Source: Lepidodermella squamata
Lineage: Eukaryota; Animalia; Gastrotricha
DNA: 64,000 nucleotides
Assembly: GCA_047495785.1 (NCBI GenBank)
Contig: JBLDXI010000058.1
Span: forward strand, 310,001 to 374,000
Direction of reading: 5' to 3'
Positions 33,730 to 44,580 of this stretch are shown one piece after another. Within the stretch, counting starts at the first letter, position 1, and every line of letters starts with the position of its first letter. The notes below the pieces were generated by a model. That model worked only from the letters and a program-made list of their open reading frames with translations, ran no database searches and was not told where the DNA came from. The translations under genes and the position numbers were made by a program.

Positions 33730-34182
33730 TTATACGTTAGCACAAAGCAGAAGAAAGCGATCCAGTGAGAAATGTTGCTCAACCACTTCTTTAATTAGGC
33801 GGTAGCAGTGGTTGATTCGACGGCGCCTCCTGTAGGAATATATTGGGATGAGATGAGTGCGCTTGACGAATCGTTTTATCATCATAGATCGTAGCAGACA
33901 GCCATTCTTCTCGTGGTCTTCTGTGATGGCTTTGCAAGCATCGCTTAGTATACCCCGCGCATCGACTAGAAGCTGCTTTGTCGCTTTAGAAAGCTCTAGC
34001 TCGGTTTCAATCACCTCGTTTTCAAGGCTGTTGTTGTTGTTGTTGTTTGAAGCTGCCGTGTTGTTCGAAGCGGCTGCCGGATCTAGCATGCCATCATCAA
34101 CTGGTACGATGTTAGCCATACAAGTTGCTAACAAAACTTGCAAAAGTGCAACTACTTTTAAGTTATCGCGGGTGAAAATCAT
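33730..34182 (-). CDS. Secreted family A copy A4
   Basis: Signal peptide, poly-Asn (AAC)n tract, C-x11-CLLRSMMIKRF, SYRRRRR and C-x20-C-ANV*. Closest to A3. Confidence 0.8.
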   Translation of the reverse strand: MIFTRDNLKVVALLQVLLATCMANIVPVDDGMLDPAAASNNTAASNNNNNNSLENEVIETELELSKATKQLLVDARGILSDACKAITEDHEKNGCLLRSMMIKRFVKRTHLIPIYSYRRRRRINHCYRLIKEVVEQHFSLDRFLLLCANV

Positions 34183-35161
34183 GTTTTCAATACAGATCTG
34201 AACAGAAACGGAGGCCTTTTAAGGCTACGAAAGCGCGAAAACAGAATACTTGTTGGGTTAAGAACTATTAATTGGTTTCTTCGCTGTTCAAGATCCGTAT
34301 CCTAATTTCAAAAATCAAAATTGGGATAGGTCACAGACAATCGGATAATTTCACCGCGGTAACGCTGCACCCGTGATTTGATGTCGCATTATTGATTTGG
34401 TTGTTCACAGACGAAGCACTTTTTCCGTGATCGTGGCACATGATCTGTCCTAAGTGTCATCCCAGATTCGGACTGACAGACGCCGTCTGGTCGACTGTAA
34501 CCGAGCAAATTTGAAGATCCGTTGTACAGGCGAGGGTTTAATTTGGATATAAAAATAAATATATGCCCTATTTTTTAATTGGGTGACTTTCGGTTGTGAC
34601 TTTTATTGTCTTACCTGTCGTATTCATTAACAGATTGTCAGAGACGTGGAGCCATCCTGACAGCTTTTCAAGTTAATCAGCGTAAAAATTTCCACGCAAC
34701 ATTCTGGAATAGCACACACAAAAAATGAACCGTAGCGCTGGCTAATTCTGAACTAGGTTACTTTGAACACTTTCGGTAATTTTGCACTGCAAAAAATGTG
34801 GCTGCACGGAACTGTACAATGTGATCACAGTTTAGCATATTTGATCGGAAAAATTATGGAATAGCGGACGAGCTATACGGTCGTGAACATATCTATTACA
34901 GAATAAACCAGATTTCCACTGTTGAGACGGTTGAGTAAAAAATTAAATGTCTCAAAATTATTGTTATCGCAGATCTGAGCGTTATCATTGGCACTAAGCA
35001 ACATATCAGCGCACATAATCCAAAAAGCTTAGATAAGGCCATTATCAGTCACATTATTAGCTGATATTGCTGCCAAATGTTATCAATAGTAAAACACATT
35101 CCATACAAATGTATTCACCCCTCACTTTGCTCTGCCAGTGTTTTATACGACTTGTTTAACA

Positions 35162-35902
35162 ATGGCCTATTCACGATCACGAAAATCTCAGCCAGTGATC
35201 GAACTAGTACCCAAAACATGGGCGCTAGTTTTCTCAGTGTTCACATTTGCTACTCTTTTCATTGCCTATGTTTCGCCATATTGGTACATGTCCTGGCCGC
35301 GAATTCATGCTCAATTTACGAGGATAGGCCTTCTTGAGGTGTGCTTCACCGGCTTCACTCACCCTGGCGACCTGGAGATGAAAGTCTACTACGGTTGTTG
35401 GTGGTTGATGTCGAGCGAGTTCAACCACTTGAGATTCCGTCTTTTCCCGCCATGGTTCGTGGCATGCCAGATTTTTGGTCACATTGCTTTTGCAACTAGC
35501 ATATTGCAAGTTGCTATACACATATGGCAAGTCAGGAGACGGGACAATAAGCCTAAAGACATAAAAATCGCAAGGGCCGCTATCACTCTATCAGCTGTCA
35601 CAGGTAATTATTTGAGGAAATCGAATAAAACCGTCCACTTTGAGTTTTTATTATTAGGAATTGTTCAGACGTTTTTAGTCCTCATTTTTGGAATAGCAGC
35701 GACAAAAGACTGGAACTGGATGCCGACAAATCAGTTCAGCTACCTAGGATGGGCCTATGCGTTTGGAGTTGTGGCGGCTGCAATGTCCTTCATCACGACG
35801 GCAATCGACTATTTTCATATGCATGAGTTGCAGCACCTGGCTCCGTCTAAAATCTACGAGCAGAGTTCATCTGTCGCGAGTCCGTTTATTCGAAAAATCT
35901 AG
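35162..35902 (+). CDS. Claudin/PMP22-family protein, pickel/megatrachea-like (intron 35604-35657)
   Basis: SPYW..SWPR...RIGL.EVCF.GF...YYGCWW...LFPPWF.ACQ with 4 TM. A 54-nt GT-AG intron lies in frame. Confidence 0.82.
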   Translation: MAYSRSRKSQPVIELVPKTWALVFSVFTFATLFIAYVSPYWYMSWPRIHAQFTRIGLLEVCFTGFTHPGDLEMKVYYGCWWLMSSEFNHLRFRLFPPWFVACQIFGHIAFATSILQVAIHIWQVRRRDNKPKDIKIARAAITLSAVTGNYLRKSNKTVHFEFLLLGIVQTFLVLIFGIAATKDWNWMPTNQFSYLGWAYAFGVVAAAMSFITTAIDYFHMHELQHLAPSKIYEQSSSVASPFIRKI

Positions 35903-36084
35903 GTGTCGCATTTCGAACACTTTTGCCATCGCTTTGTCCAATTTTATTACATCGAAAACAAGATTTCAGCAAATAAATCAAGTTTATATATAAGTATAAT
36001 AGTAGTTGAAATCTGGACGTATATATTTTCCTGTATTTTATTTTAACATTTTCAAAAGCAATAATTGTGTTCAAGTTGAAATAC

Positions 36085-38430
36085 CTATTGCTCATATGCT
36101 AGGATTTTAATTATCGGATTTCGTTTCTTGGTAATGGCATAAGCTACACCAATGAAAGGGCTTTTAGTTGTAGGCAATCGCGAAGTCTCATCTTCTCTTC
36201 TAAATGAGAGGACGAGGCACGCCATCGAGCAGGATTGCGTCAGCAAGCCGATAGAAATAGCGATTTCTGATCCACTAGACGAATTGCTGCTCAAGATGTA
36301 AGAGATCACGGTAGTCGCCAGGAACAAAGTGACCGTCACCACGATTATAACCAGCCAGCGTTTACTACATTGTAATTGAGCCAAGCCGGGGTGAGATTTT
36401 ATTTTAAAAGCAATAGCAGCGGCGAATAGAAGAGCCGCGAGGTTTGTTGAAATCAGAACGGGAACCCAGTAGTGTGAGAAATGCGCCCCGCAGGAGACAG
36501 TAGTGAAAGTCACAACGGTATCGGTGCTTTCAATGTATTCTTTGTGAGAGAGAACTCGAAATACTGCCTGCATCGGGTCTGATGCCAGCGATGCCGCAAC
36601 TAAAATTATATTAAGAAGTATAAACACTCCAGCAGCGAAAATTATCCGCCGTTGATCCAATTTAGGAACGATAATGCTAACAGCTTTTCTCGATCTCGCT
36701 GGTGAACTATTAGGTGAAACTCTCAACTGCCGAGATGTCGCATGCAAGCGAGCTGATAGAAGTCCGAATAGAGATGAAATTCCGATGTAAAGAAGACAAA
36801 AGGCGACATTACATGACTCGCTACTTCTGAATTTCGGGGGCGTGACCACGGCGATAGAAGCCGCATTCAAAGTAATCAAGCTGACCGTCAAAGCCGAATT
36901 CCAAACTACTTCGTGCTTCTCGTAGAACTGTTTTGCCGCAAGGATTACTTGGGCTATAGAAATAATGACTGATAAGGTTATTATAATTATGAAAAATGTC
37001 TCCGTAACACCTGCTGACCGAATTTCGAAGACTGAAGAGTCTTTCGGAAAAAGTGTGGCTGGCAGAGCTTCGATGGATGCGGTCGAATAAGAGTTCAAAT
37101 CGGAGATATCAGACGCATTTTGGCTAAGTATTATTTCATATAAAATAACCAAGCCACGGCCTTCCGCCCATCTAGTAACTAGCTGCGGTTCAGAATCCCA
37201 CTCCCCGCGTTCAGAGTAGCTGAAATCTCCGAATCTCAGACTACGATACTTTATTTGCATAGCAGTTTCGTTCGTGATTAGCATGACTTCTCGTGGGTAC
37301 TTCTGATAATCTCGAAGGGTCATATTGTACTCCGCCAATTTGCGCTCTGTCCTATCCAGGAGAATCACTGCATGAACAGCTCTATCATAGCAGAGGTGCC
37401 TAAGCCCATCGCCACCGTTAGTTGTGAAGTTGGTCCGAATGCGCCAGAGTTGCTCAAATTCGTCAAATGTTAGCCCCAATTCGCTCTTACCAGCCGGTGG
37501 GGTAAGGGCCGGAAAAGATGTGCCTATGAAAAGCGAGCGATCGAGCTGCTCAAGAAGGATTCTGCTCGAACACCCCTCAGGAAAGAGATCCTTCGAAAAA
37601 GTTGTTGGATCCGGGAAAGAGAACAGCTGAAAGAAAAACATATACCGCTCGCCTCGGATATCGTTTAGATAAGCGCGACAAAGAAAAAGAACTACTGACA
37701 CTGGCTCGACCACTTCGAAGTTGAACACGCGTATATTCCTCTCGCGGAGATATTGCATGAACTGGTCGTTGAAATCCGTGCTAGCGTCGTAGACAGCAAC
37801 ATCAAGCCCTGCCGCGGTCGCTGCTCGATACACAAAGCTTGAGCTCTCGAGGCCGTATGTGTTGAGATTCATGTGGGTAATGACAGCAATTCTTCGAATT
37901 TTCGTTGTCTTGGTAATGAAACTTATTCGGCTGAGTAGGGCAATCTCGCCAGCAGATCGCACTCTATACATGTTAGGATAGAGATTTCGCCTGGCTGACT
38001 GTGATGGGGCTGTGCAAGACCCGGCGATGGAAACGAGGTTAAGATGACCGACAGTTGCTCCCATCGCTTTGCATCCAGTATTGAAGAAGCCACTGAGTAT
38101 GACTGGAGAGACGGATACATTTTGTCGCTGAGCGTCATTATGCTCCCACATGTAGCGTACAGTTTTCTGAGTAGTCTGAGAGCTAACAGGACCTTCGTCA
38201 AGGTAATCCATTTCAACCTTGTAATCTGGAAGTATATCCTCGCGGCTATTCACGATATCAAGAACAATGTCATGCGCGATTTTGCACCGATCGAACTGAT
38301 ACCCTGGATTACCAGTAAATGGCAGTTGGGCCAAAACCTTTAGCTGCTGCGTTTTCTTCAAACAAACGATTTGCCCGAAGGAAACCACAACGATGAATGC
38401 TGTGTAGCTAAAAATGAGGTCAAATATCAT
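36085..38430 (-). CDS. Divergent GABA-B-like class C GPCR G6
   Basis: VNSREDILPDY, DEGP, LYPNMYR, CYD and YSERGE are shared with the other paralogs. It has 7 TM and a short C-tail, and is intronless. Confidence 0.85.
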   Translation of the reverse strand: MIFDLIFSYTAFIVVVSFGQIVCLKKTQQLKVLAQLPFTGNPGYQFDRCKIAHDIVLDIVNSREDILPDYKVEMDYLDEGPVSSQTTQKTVRYMWEHNDAQRQNVSVSPVILSGFFNTGCKAMGATVGHLNLVSIAGSCTAPSQSARRNLYPNMYRVRSAGEIALLSRISFITKTTKIRRIAVITHMNLNTYGLESSSFVYRAATAAGLDVAVYDASTDFNDQFMQYLRERNIRVFNFEVVEPVSVVLFLCRAYLNDIRGERYMFFFQLFSFPDPTTFSKDLFPEGCSSRILLEQLDRSLFIGTSFPALTPPAGKSELGLTFDEFEQLWRIRTNFTTNGGDGLRHLCYDRAVHAVILLDRTERKLAEYNMTLRDYQKYPREVMLITNETAMQIKYRSLRFGDFSYSERGEWDSEPQLVTRWAEGRGLVILYEIILSQNASDISDLNSYSTASIEALPATLFPKDSSVFEIRSAGVTETFFIIIITLSVIISIAQVILAAKQFYEKHEVVWNSALTVSLITLNAASIAVVTPPKFRSSESCNVAFCLLYIGISSLFGLLSARLHATSRQLRVSPNSSPARSRKAVSIIVPKLDQRRIIFAAGVFILLNIILVAASLASDPMQAVFRVLSHKEYIESTDTVVTFTTVSCGAHFSHYWVPVLISTNLAALLFAAAIAFKIKSHPGLAQLQCSKRWLVIIVVTVTLFLATTVISYILSSNSSSGSEIAISIGLLTQSCSMACLVLSFRREDETSRLPTTKSPFIGVAYAITKKRNPIIKILAYEQ

Positions 38431-39061
38431 GACTATAATCTGGATGTTCTGATTCTTCAAATCGCGAATTCTCTTGTAGTTTTATACTAATCAAATGTGT
38501 GTGGTCATATTTAATGAATCACACCCCTGCATAATCGTAGGCAGTCGGCAGTCTCACGGCGTAAACTTCACTTTATTACCAGTATTGCTTACACAAACCA
38601 TAAACAACACCGGACTGAATGGCCAGCAAATGACCTCGAAATATGCAGTAATGACGCGGAGGCTGGAAGATATGTCCTGTTAAATGTAGACGTAGCTAAT
38701 TAAAATCAGCTTCTCGAAAGTTGGATTTCCAACAGGAATGCTGCGGATGGTTGAAAGAGCAATAAGAATACGGCGTGCCAACATTTCTTATAAGTGTACT
38801 GAAAAAATCACCTGGCTGGAGCGTTCCAAGTTATGAGATAGAGTTTTCGGCCAGCTTCATTTTATTACAACAACTCATCAATAAAACACGACGATAGCTA
38901 AGATAGTGATTATCGGATATTATATATTTGAGATAATGGATGCGGATTTCTAAGATTTAGTTTCTACCTCTTTTGACGTCTCGTTCTTCGTTGTTTTGTC
39001 TTTGCTTCGAGGTTCTCTCCGGGAAGTTTTCTTCTCTTTCAAGGCAACTGGCTCAGATTCC

Positions 39062-39944
39062 TTAATTGAAGGCTCGTGATATAGCGATTGCTGCGATTTT
39101 CCCAGCATTATTGAGGCGGTGTCTGAATTCTTCTTGATTACATGCTGTAATAAAAGCTTAGAATGACTAGAAATTTTGATATTTTGAAATTTACCTTCAG
39201 ATCCTCCAAATTTTTAAACTTGCGAAAATGCAGACCTTTGGCGTGAAGTTTCTGTTAAAGCAATCCAATTTAGCTTAGATTGGGCAATTTATGATGTAGC
39301 TACCTCATAGGATTCGTTATATTCATCGACAGTTGCCCAAGGCCTTGCGGCTTTTATCCGGTTCTCAAGGAACGAGTTTTCCTTGCTAATCTTCTTTTGG
39401 AAAATGTAACGACCGAATTCATACCGCTTCTTGATCGATTTTTCAACATATTCCGAGAAAGCGTCTCGTTTTACATCCAAATCAGTCGAGGCTTTTTTAA
39501 CGCGTTCGTAAATTTCTTCATTTCTCTGCTCCAGCTGGCGTTTTTGGAATTGAGATTGTGCCTTTTTAATGCGCCGCCTGAATTTCATGTATCTCTGGTG
39601 AACATCGGTCATTCCATCGTTATCGATATGCTGCTTCACTATTAGTGAATATCGATTAAAGACAAAATAATTATTAGGAAGATTTTCTTACTTTCTCCGA
39701 TTCTTTTGCGGTGTTTAAGCCAATAGTTGTAGTCTGAGTTCAAGTCAGTGTTCCAGAAACCCCCATCGCAAACTTTATAGCGGCCACTGACGTAGTAGTA
39801 GTTGATGGGAGGAAGCGGTTTAAGCTCTTGCACAGCCTCCCTGCCAGATTTGTTTGACCGAGGCGTTGTCTCAGGAGCATGCTCGCTATCACCTCTATTC
39901 TCCTTATTCGCCTTAATCGGTGGTAAAACAGACTTGTCTTTCAT
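39062..39944 (-). CDS. CFAP97/hemingway-domain-like protein C1 (multi-exon; 3' end approximate)
   Basis: W..HR.RI...HIDN...KKAQ...RNEEI.ERV...KKISKEN..LENRI...P matches the CFAP97D1/D2-type pattern. Short introns. Confidence 0.65.
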
Positions 39945-40072
39945 TACAAATTTACGATTATTACAGGTGCAAATATTATTTTAGCAGCCCTGTCTGGTGT
40001 GTTGAAAAAACAGCGAAATACCTACGGCTGATGAGTAGTAGTTTTTTGTGAGCGCGCCCTATGACAAGCTTC

Positions 40073-40085
40073 ATTGCCTAGCAAC
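40073..40085 (-). promoter_or_regulatory. RFX X-box-like motif upstream of C1
   Basis: GTTGCTAGGCAAT about 130 bp upstream of ATG 39944. Confidence 0.55.
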
Positions 40086-40312
40086 TCGATATTCCTCGGA
40101 TGGTGCGCTCAATGAGCCGCGTCGTACCGATTACTAAATGCGCCCTATTCACTTGGAAATGCATAAGCTTTCACGAACTGCGATGGGAGGCGTTTCTGTC
40201 ACGGAGCAGAGGACTGCTTTGTTATTCCTGAGTGATTTTTCTCCAATCGATCGACTTTATTTTAACCTCATTTTGACATTGACTTAATGTGAATATAAAA
40301 CAATAAAACTGG

Positions 40313-41189
40313 CTAGTTTTCCGTGTCCTGGGCGGCATTCCCTTCTGACTTTCGCTCGGAAATGGGCGGAAGTCTGAGCGGGCGTCTGATTACTACCGGT
40401 GGCGTGTCAGTGCGAAGCTCTTTTTGCACAGCTATAGGTGTCTGAAAAAATCGAAAAACATCATCGAGAATGAAATGAGAGGAAAATGCTAACCACAAGT
40501 TGAGGTCTGACAATTCGAGCTATCTTTAACGCGTGCTTCCGTGCTTTCTGGTAATCGTCGTCCATTGCCTTGCTGTCGCAGTAGCCGCGGACGGTGGTGT
40601 ACCTTTCCTTTAAAGCTTTGTTTATGCTCCTTCGCCGTTCATCTCGCATCCGGTTCTAAAATTAATTTCTTAATAACTGTTCGAGTGAAAAGTTCTATTA
40701 CAATTTGCTGCCGATACCGCTTGTCATTCTCGATTTTCTCCATGAAAATGCTTGGCAACTTGCTGTCGATTGCTGGTCTTGACTCTGTGAAAGAGAGTTC
40801 GATAAGTAGGACATGAAAGTTCTTTATAAGGGGGAGTTACTTTTTTCAACAGCTTTCCTATGCCTGATCCAGTTTCTCAGGTCTGTGTTTTGTTTTGAGT
40901 CCCAAAACGATTCTGAAGTGAGCTAAGAGAAATAAATTTGTCAGAAAATGTTTGGCAGTAAACGTATGCATTTCGCTAAAACCTTTTTATGATGGGTAAT
41001 TGCAAGGTTAAAGTAGACGGGCTCGCAGAATTTCATTCGCTGTAATTCGGGTACCAACAGTTGCCGACCGGATTCTGGTTGGTGTTTAAAGCGGACTTCT
41101 TTCTGCTGATGCTCGATTTCTGATCGATGGCTCTTAGTTCTAACCGTTTCCTTGATACTGTTCTGCGGAGAGTAATTCGCACCCGCCAT
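40313..41189 (-). CDS. CFAP97/hemingway-like protein C2 (multi-exon)
   Basis: Spliced frames give FWDSKQNTDLRNWIRHRKAV...PAIDS.LP...MDDDYQK.RKH, paralogous to C1/C3/C4. Confidence 0.6.
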
Positions 41190-41337
41190 AATGTCTTGCT
41201 TAAGAGCTTGAAATTTTCTACTATGAGTTAAAGAACATTTTCTCATGAATTGCTATACCCAAGAGAATGACCTTTCATGCCTTCCTTTATGGGACACTTG
41301 AATAAAAAGCAAAAAGGCGAATAGCAAAATCAGCGTC

Positions 41338-41350
41338 AATACCAGGCAAC
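41338..41350 (-). promoter_or_regulatory. RFX X-box-like motif upstream of C2
   Basis: GTTGCCTGGTATT about 150 bp upstream of ATG 41189. Confidence 0.4.
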
Positions 41351-41752
41351 GTAGCAAAAAAACTTCCCTTGATAGCATCCATCAATGTTTATTTTTCACT
41401 TAGGAAAATGTGAACCTTTTGACAAGGCGTGATAAGCCATTTTACCGGTGGTATAATTTTTAGAAGTCACACACAGAATAACGATCGAAAATCGCGATGA
41501 AACCGGAAATTTCAAGAATTATATAAAATTATAAGTTTTCATTTTAATGCTCAAAGTGAGGTGTGGCGTATTGCAGGCCTGAATGCGTAGATGTCAGGCG
41601 AAATTATTAGAAAAATGATTCTTCCCTCTGGACGTTAGCTTGAGTTTCGGAAGTTTCGTTGTGTTTTTGCAATTCGGCGTCCGAATCCTTATTAGATTCT
41701 GCTTGTTGAGTCTCGACATCTTTCGGCAAAGATACAGTGTCTTCCGCTGTTA

Positions 41753-43974
41753 CTATTTCTTGTTACTTGCTGGACGAGGATCGATCGTCTTCTCTTCAGG
41801 GAAATTCGGCTCTTCAGGTAACTGGGGCTCTTCGGGTGATTGGGTCGCAACACGGGTCGGTTCTTTGGGGATTTCGTTCTGTGACTTGATCGTATCACTA
41901 TCAGCTTCCTTAGCCTCCTGTTTGGCTGATTCATTGTCTTTACTGTGACCCGATACAGATGGAGGAGGCTTTTCGCCTTCGCGAGGAACTTCCGTACCAT
42001 CATTAAGACCATCGGCCTCTGTTACCAAATTGTTCGTAGCACCGGGAGATTCAGCGACAGGATTTCCCTCGACAGGCCGTGGCGACACTGATTGTCTCGA
42101 GACATTATTTTCCAGTTGAACAGCGTCTTCATGATGATCAGCATCTATTAAAGCACCAACGGGTTCCGATTCTTTATTGCTACGCCTACTGTCTATCCGA
42201 GACTCAATCGGAGAGTTAACCCTCTTTGATGGGGTATTCCTACTCTCGATTTTCGACGTTTGTTCAGAGGGAGAAGGTGACTTCGGCTTTGAGGTAACAG
42301 ACGCTGCACGGGGCTTGCTTTGGGCTGATACAGTTTTTGCACGAGAGATAGATGGGGAATTTGATTTAATAGCTGGGGATGATGGCTTCGTAACTTCTAG
42401 AGCTTGAGTTTCAGTTGGAGTAGTCCTCGTCGTTTTCTTGAGAATCCCTTCGGCTTGAGATGTTTGTGAGGTGAACGTGATATTTTCCTGCTGAGGCAAC
42501 GCCTCTTCGTCAGCGACCAGAGCAGCATCAGGTTTAGGACTTTCGACATCATCATCTAGCGGTATAGCAAAGTCAGATATCTGGGGCACAGGGGTTCGGC
42601 GGTAGGATTGTCTCGGCAGGGCAACATCGTCGCCATCTTCCTCAGCTTCAGGCGGCGTGGGAGGACCAACTTGGGACTCGGGAAAGTGCACCTTCATGCC
42701 AGTATGAGTTCGCCGCTCGTTTTCGTCTACGAGAGAAGATTTTTTGCGCGCAGACGATGAACTTGAGTTGCGTCGCAGCGTGGAGAAAGGTTTCATATAG
42801 CCGTAAACGTCATTCATTGTTTCATCAGGATGCTTTTTCGGAAGAGCGGGTGACGTAGGCTGAGAGCTGAAATTATTCTGATCAAATTGAATCTCCGTCG
42901 TGAAGTCTTCATTCGGATCCGCCTGCTCTTCCCGCGGATCTTTGATCGGATCACTATGCACAGTTTTGCTTGAAGCGACCAGAGTTGATTTCTTAGAGAA
43001 AAGAGCAGTCTTTTTCGGTTTTGGTAGCGGTCTCGCATTGCTCGGTGGTTTCACTTTCGGCTGTTGATTTCTTGCCATGGGAACTGTGTGGTTTTTATTC
43101 ATTTTCGCTACGTTCACCTTCTCATCAGGAGCGACGTAAGACTTCGACACGTCCTCATTAGACGTAAAATTGCTGTAAATTCTAGGCTGACTCGCTAAAG
43201 TTGGAGGACGGCTTATCTTTTGAAAGACTGTAGTGGAACTCTATAATACATTGGTTCAAAAAAATACCAATTGATTTACTATGTAACTTACGATCGAAGG
43301 TGGTCGGATGACCTTTGAAAGGTGTTGCGACACTGCAGCATGAGCTTGATAGTCGGCCTCCCATTTCTTCACGCTGTAACTGCCTCTGATTTTCGCGATT
43401 CGATTTCGCATTCGCTCATTTTCACTTGACAAATACTGATTCAACCGCTTCATTTTGAACTGCTTGATTTGACCGTTCTTAGCCACTTTATCGACATGAA
43501 CTGTCGGAAGGTTGTTATCTATTGCCTTCTTGGTGGCTGAAAGAAATAAAAATTAGAACAATTTAAGTAGTTTTTTTCAGAATTACCGAAACCGACAATT
43601 CTTCTGTGTTCAACCCAATGCCGGAAGTCGCTGTTTTGCCGTTCTTCCCAATACAAGTGTTCAGGAATCTTGCGACCCTGGCTTATGTGGAAATACATAG
43701 GTTCTGGCATACCAAATGATTGTCGGATTTTTGTGCTGTCTGTTGTAGCGCTGAAATCTGAGTTTTTATTCTTTAGCGCCATCGAAAGAAGCGGCCTACG
43801 ACCGTTATTGATGAAAGGATCTCTACTTCTGGTCACAGTCGATTGGCTTGTAATGTTTGTTTTAATGAAGTCCTTTCTACCCAGCCAAGATGCGTGTGCT
43901 CTATCACCGCTGCTACGGGTAACATCATTATCGGCCAGCTTAGGTCGATAGCCCGCGTTAAAATATTGAGGCAT
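41753..43974 (-). CDS. CFAP97/hemingway-like protein C3 with a ~495-aa low-complexity S/P/E/K tail (3 exons)
   Basis: Exon 1 encodes YWEERQNSDFRHWVEHRRIV. Exon 2 encodes AIDNNLP...ENERM.NRI...W.ADYQ.H. A phase-0 intron at 43291-43241 joins in frame to the 41753-43150 ORF. Confidence 0.68.
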
Positions 43975-44115
43975 TGTTTGCTAAGCTTCTCGTACCAACG
44001 ACGATCACATTGCACCGAGCAGCGGCAGGCGTAAAAATTCGATCGAAGTTTTAACGCCGCAACGTGGATCTTCGCCACTGAATACGAGACACGCAAGCTT
44101 AGTCATTCGAGCGCT

Positions 44116-44128
44116 GTTGCCTGGCAGC
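44116..44128 (+). promoter_or_regulatory. RFX X-box-like motif upstream of C3
   Basis: GTTGCCTGGCAGC about 140 bp upstream of ATG 43974. Confidence 0.5.
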
Positions 44129-44580
44129 AGACCGCGATTGCTTTTGAGCAAACATCAATGATGCGTTTTTTGCGAACGCAATAAATAGGAAGTGCCTCGC
44201 GCGAGTTATCTGATTTTTAATGCTATAATATGTCAAGGCTAAAATACTAAGAATTAGAAAGCGCATGCGCTTTTTTCGGCACGACTCAGGACGGAAATGG
44301 GAAATCAATGTATATACATATATAAAGTTGGCCTAATAACTCGCTGTGGGGATTATCGCTGATTGAAATCTACAACATCGTCGCTGTGGAGACGTTTCCT
44401 CGTAGCCAAGGCTATGTCCAGCTAAGTATAATATTATTTATCACGAGTAATAGGAATGTATTGATACTTAACGAACTCACTAGAAGAAAAATGGTGATGT
44501 AAGGTGTTTGACCAGCTGTCGTAATATTAATTGAAATAACAAGATGCGATATGAAAGATAACAAATTCTCAGATTTTGAA

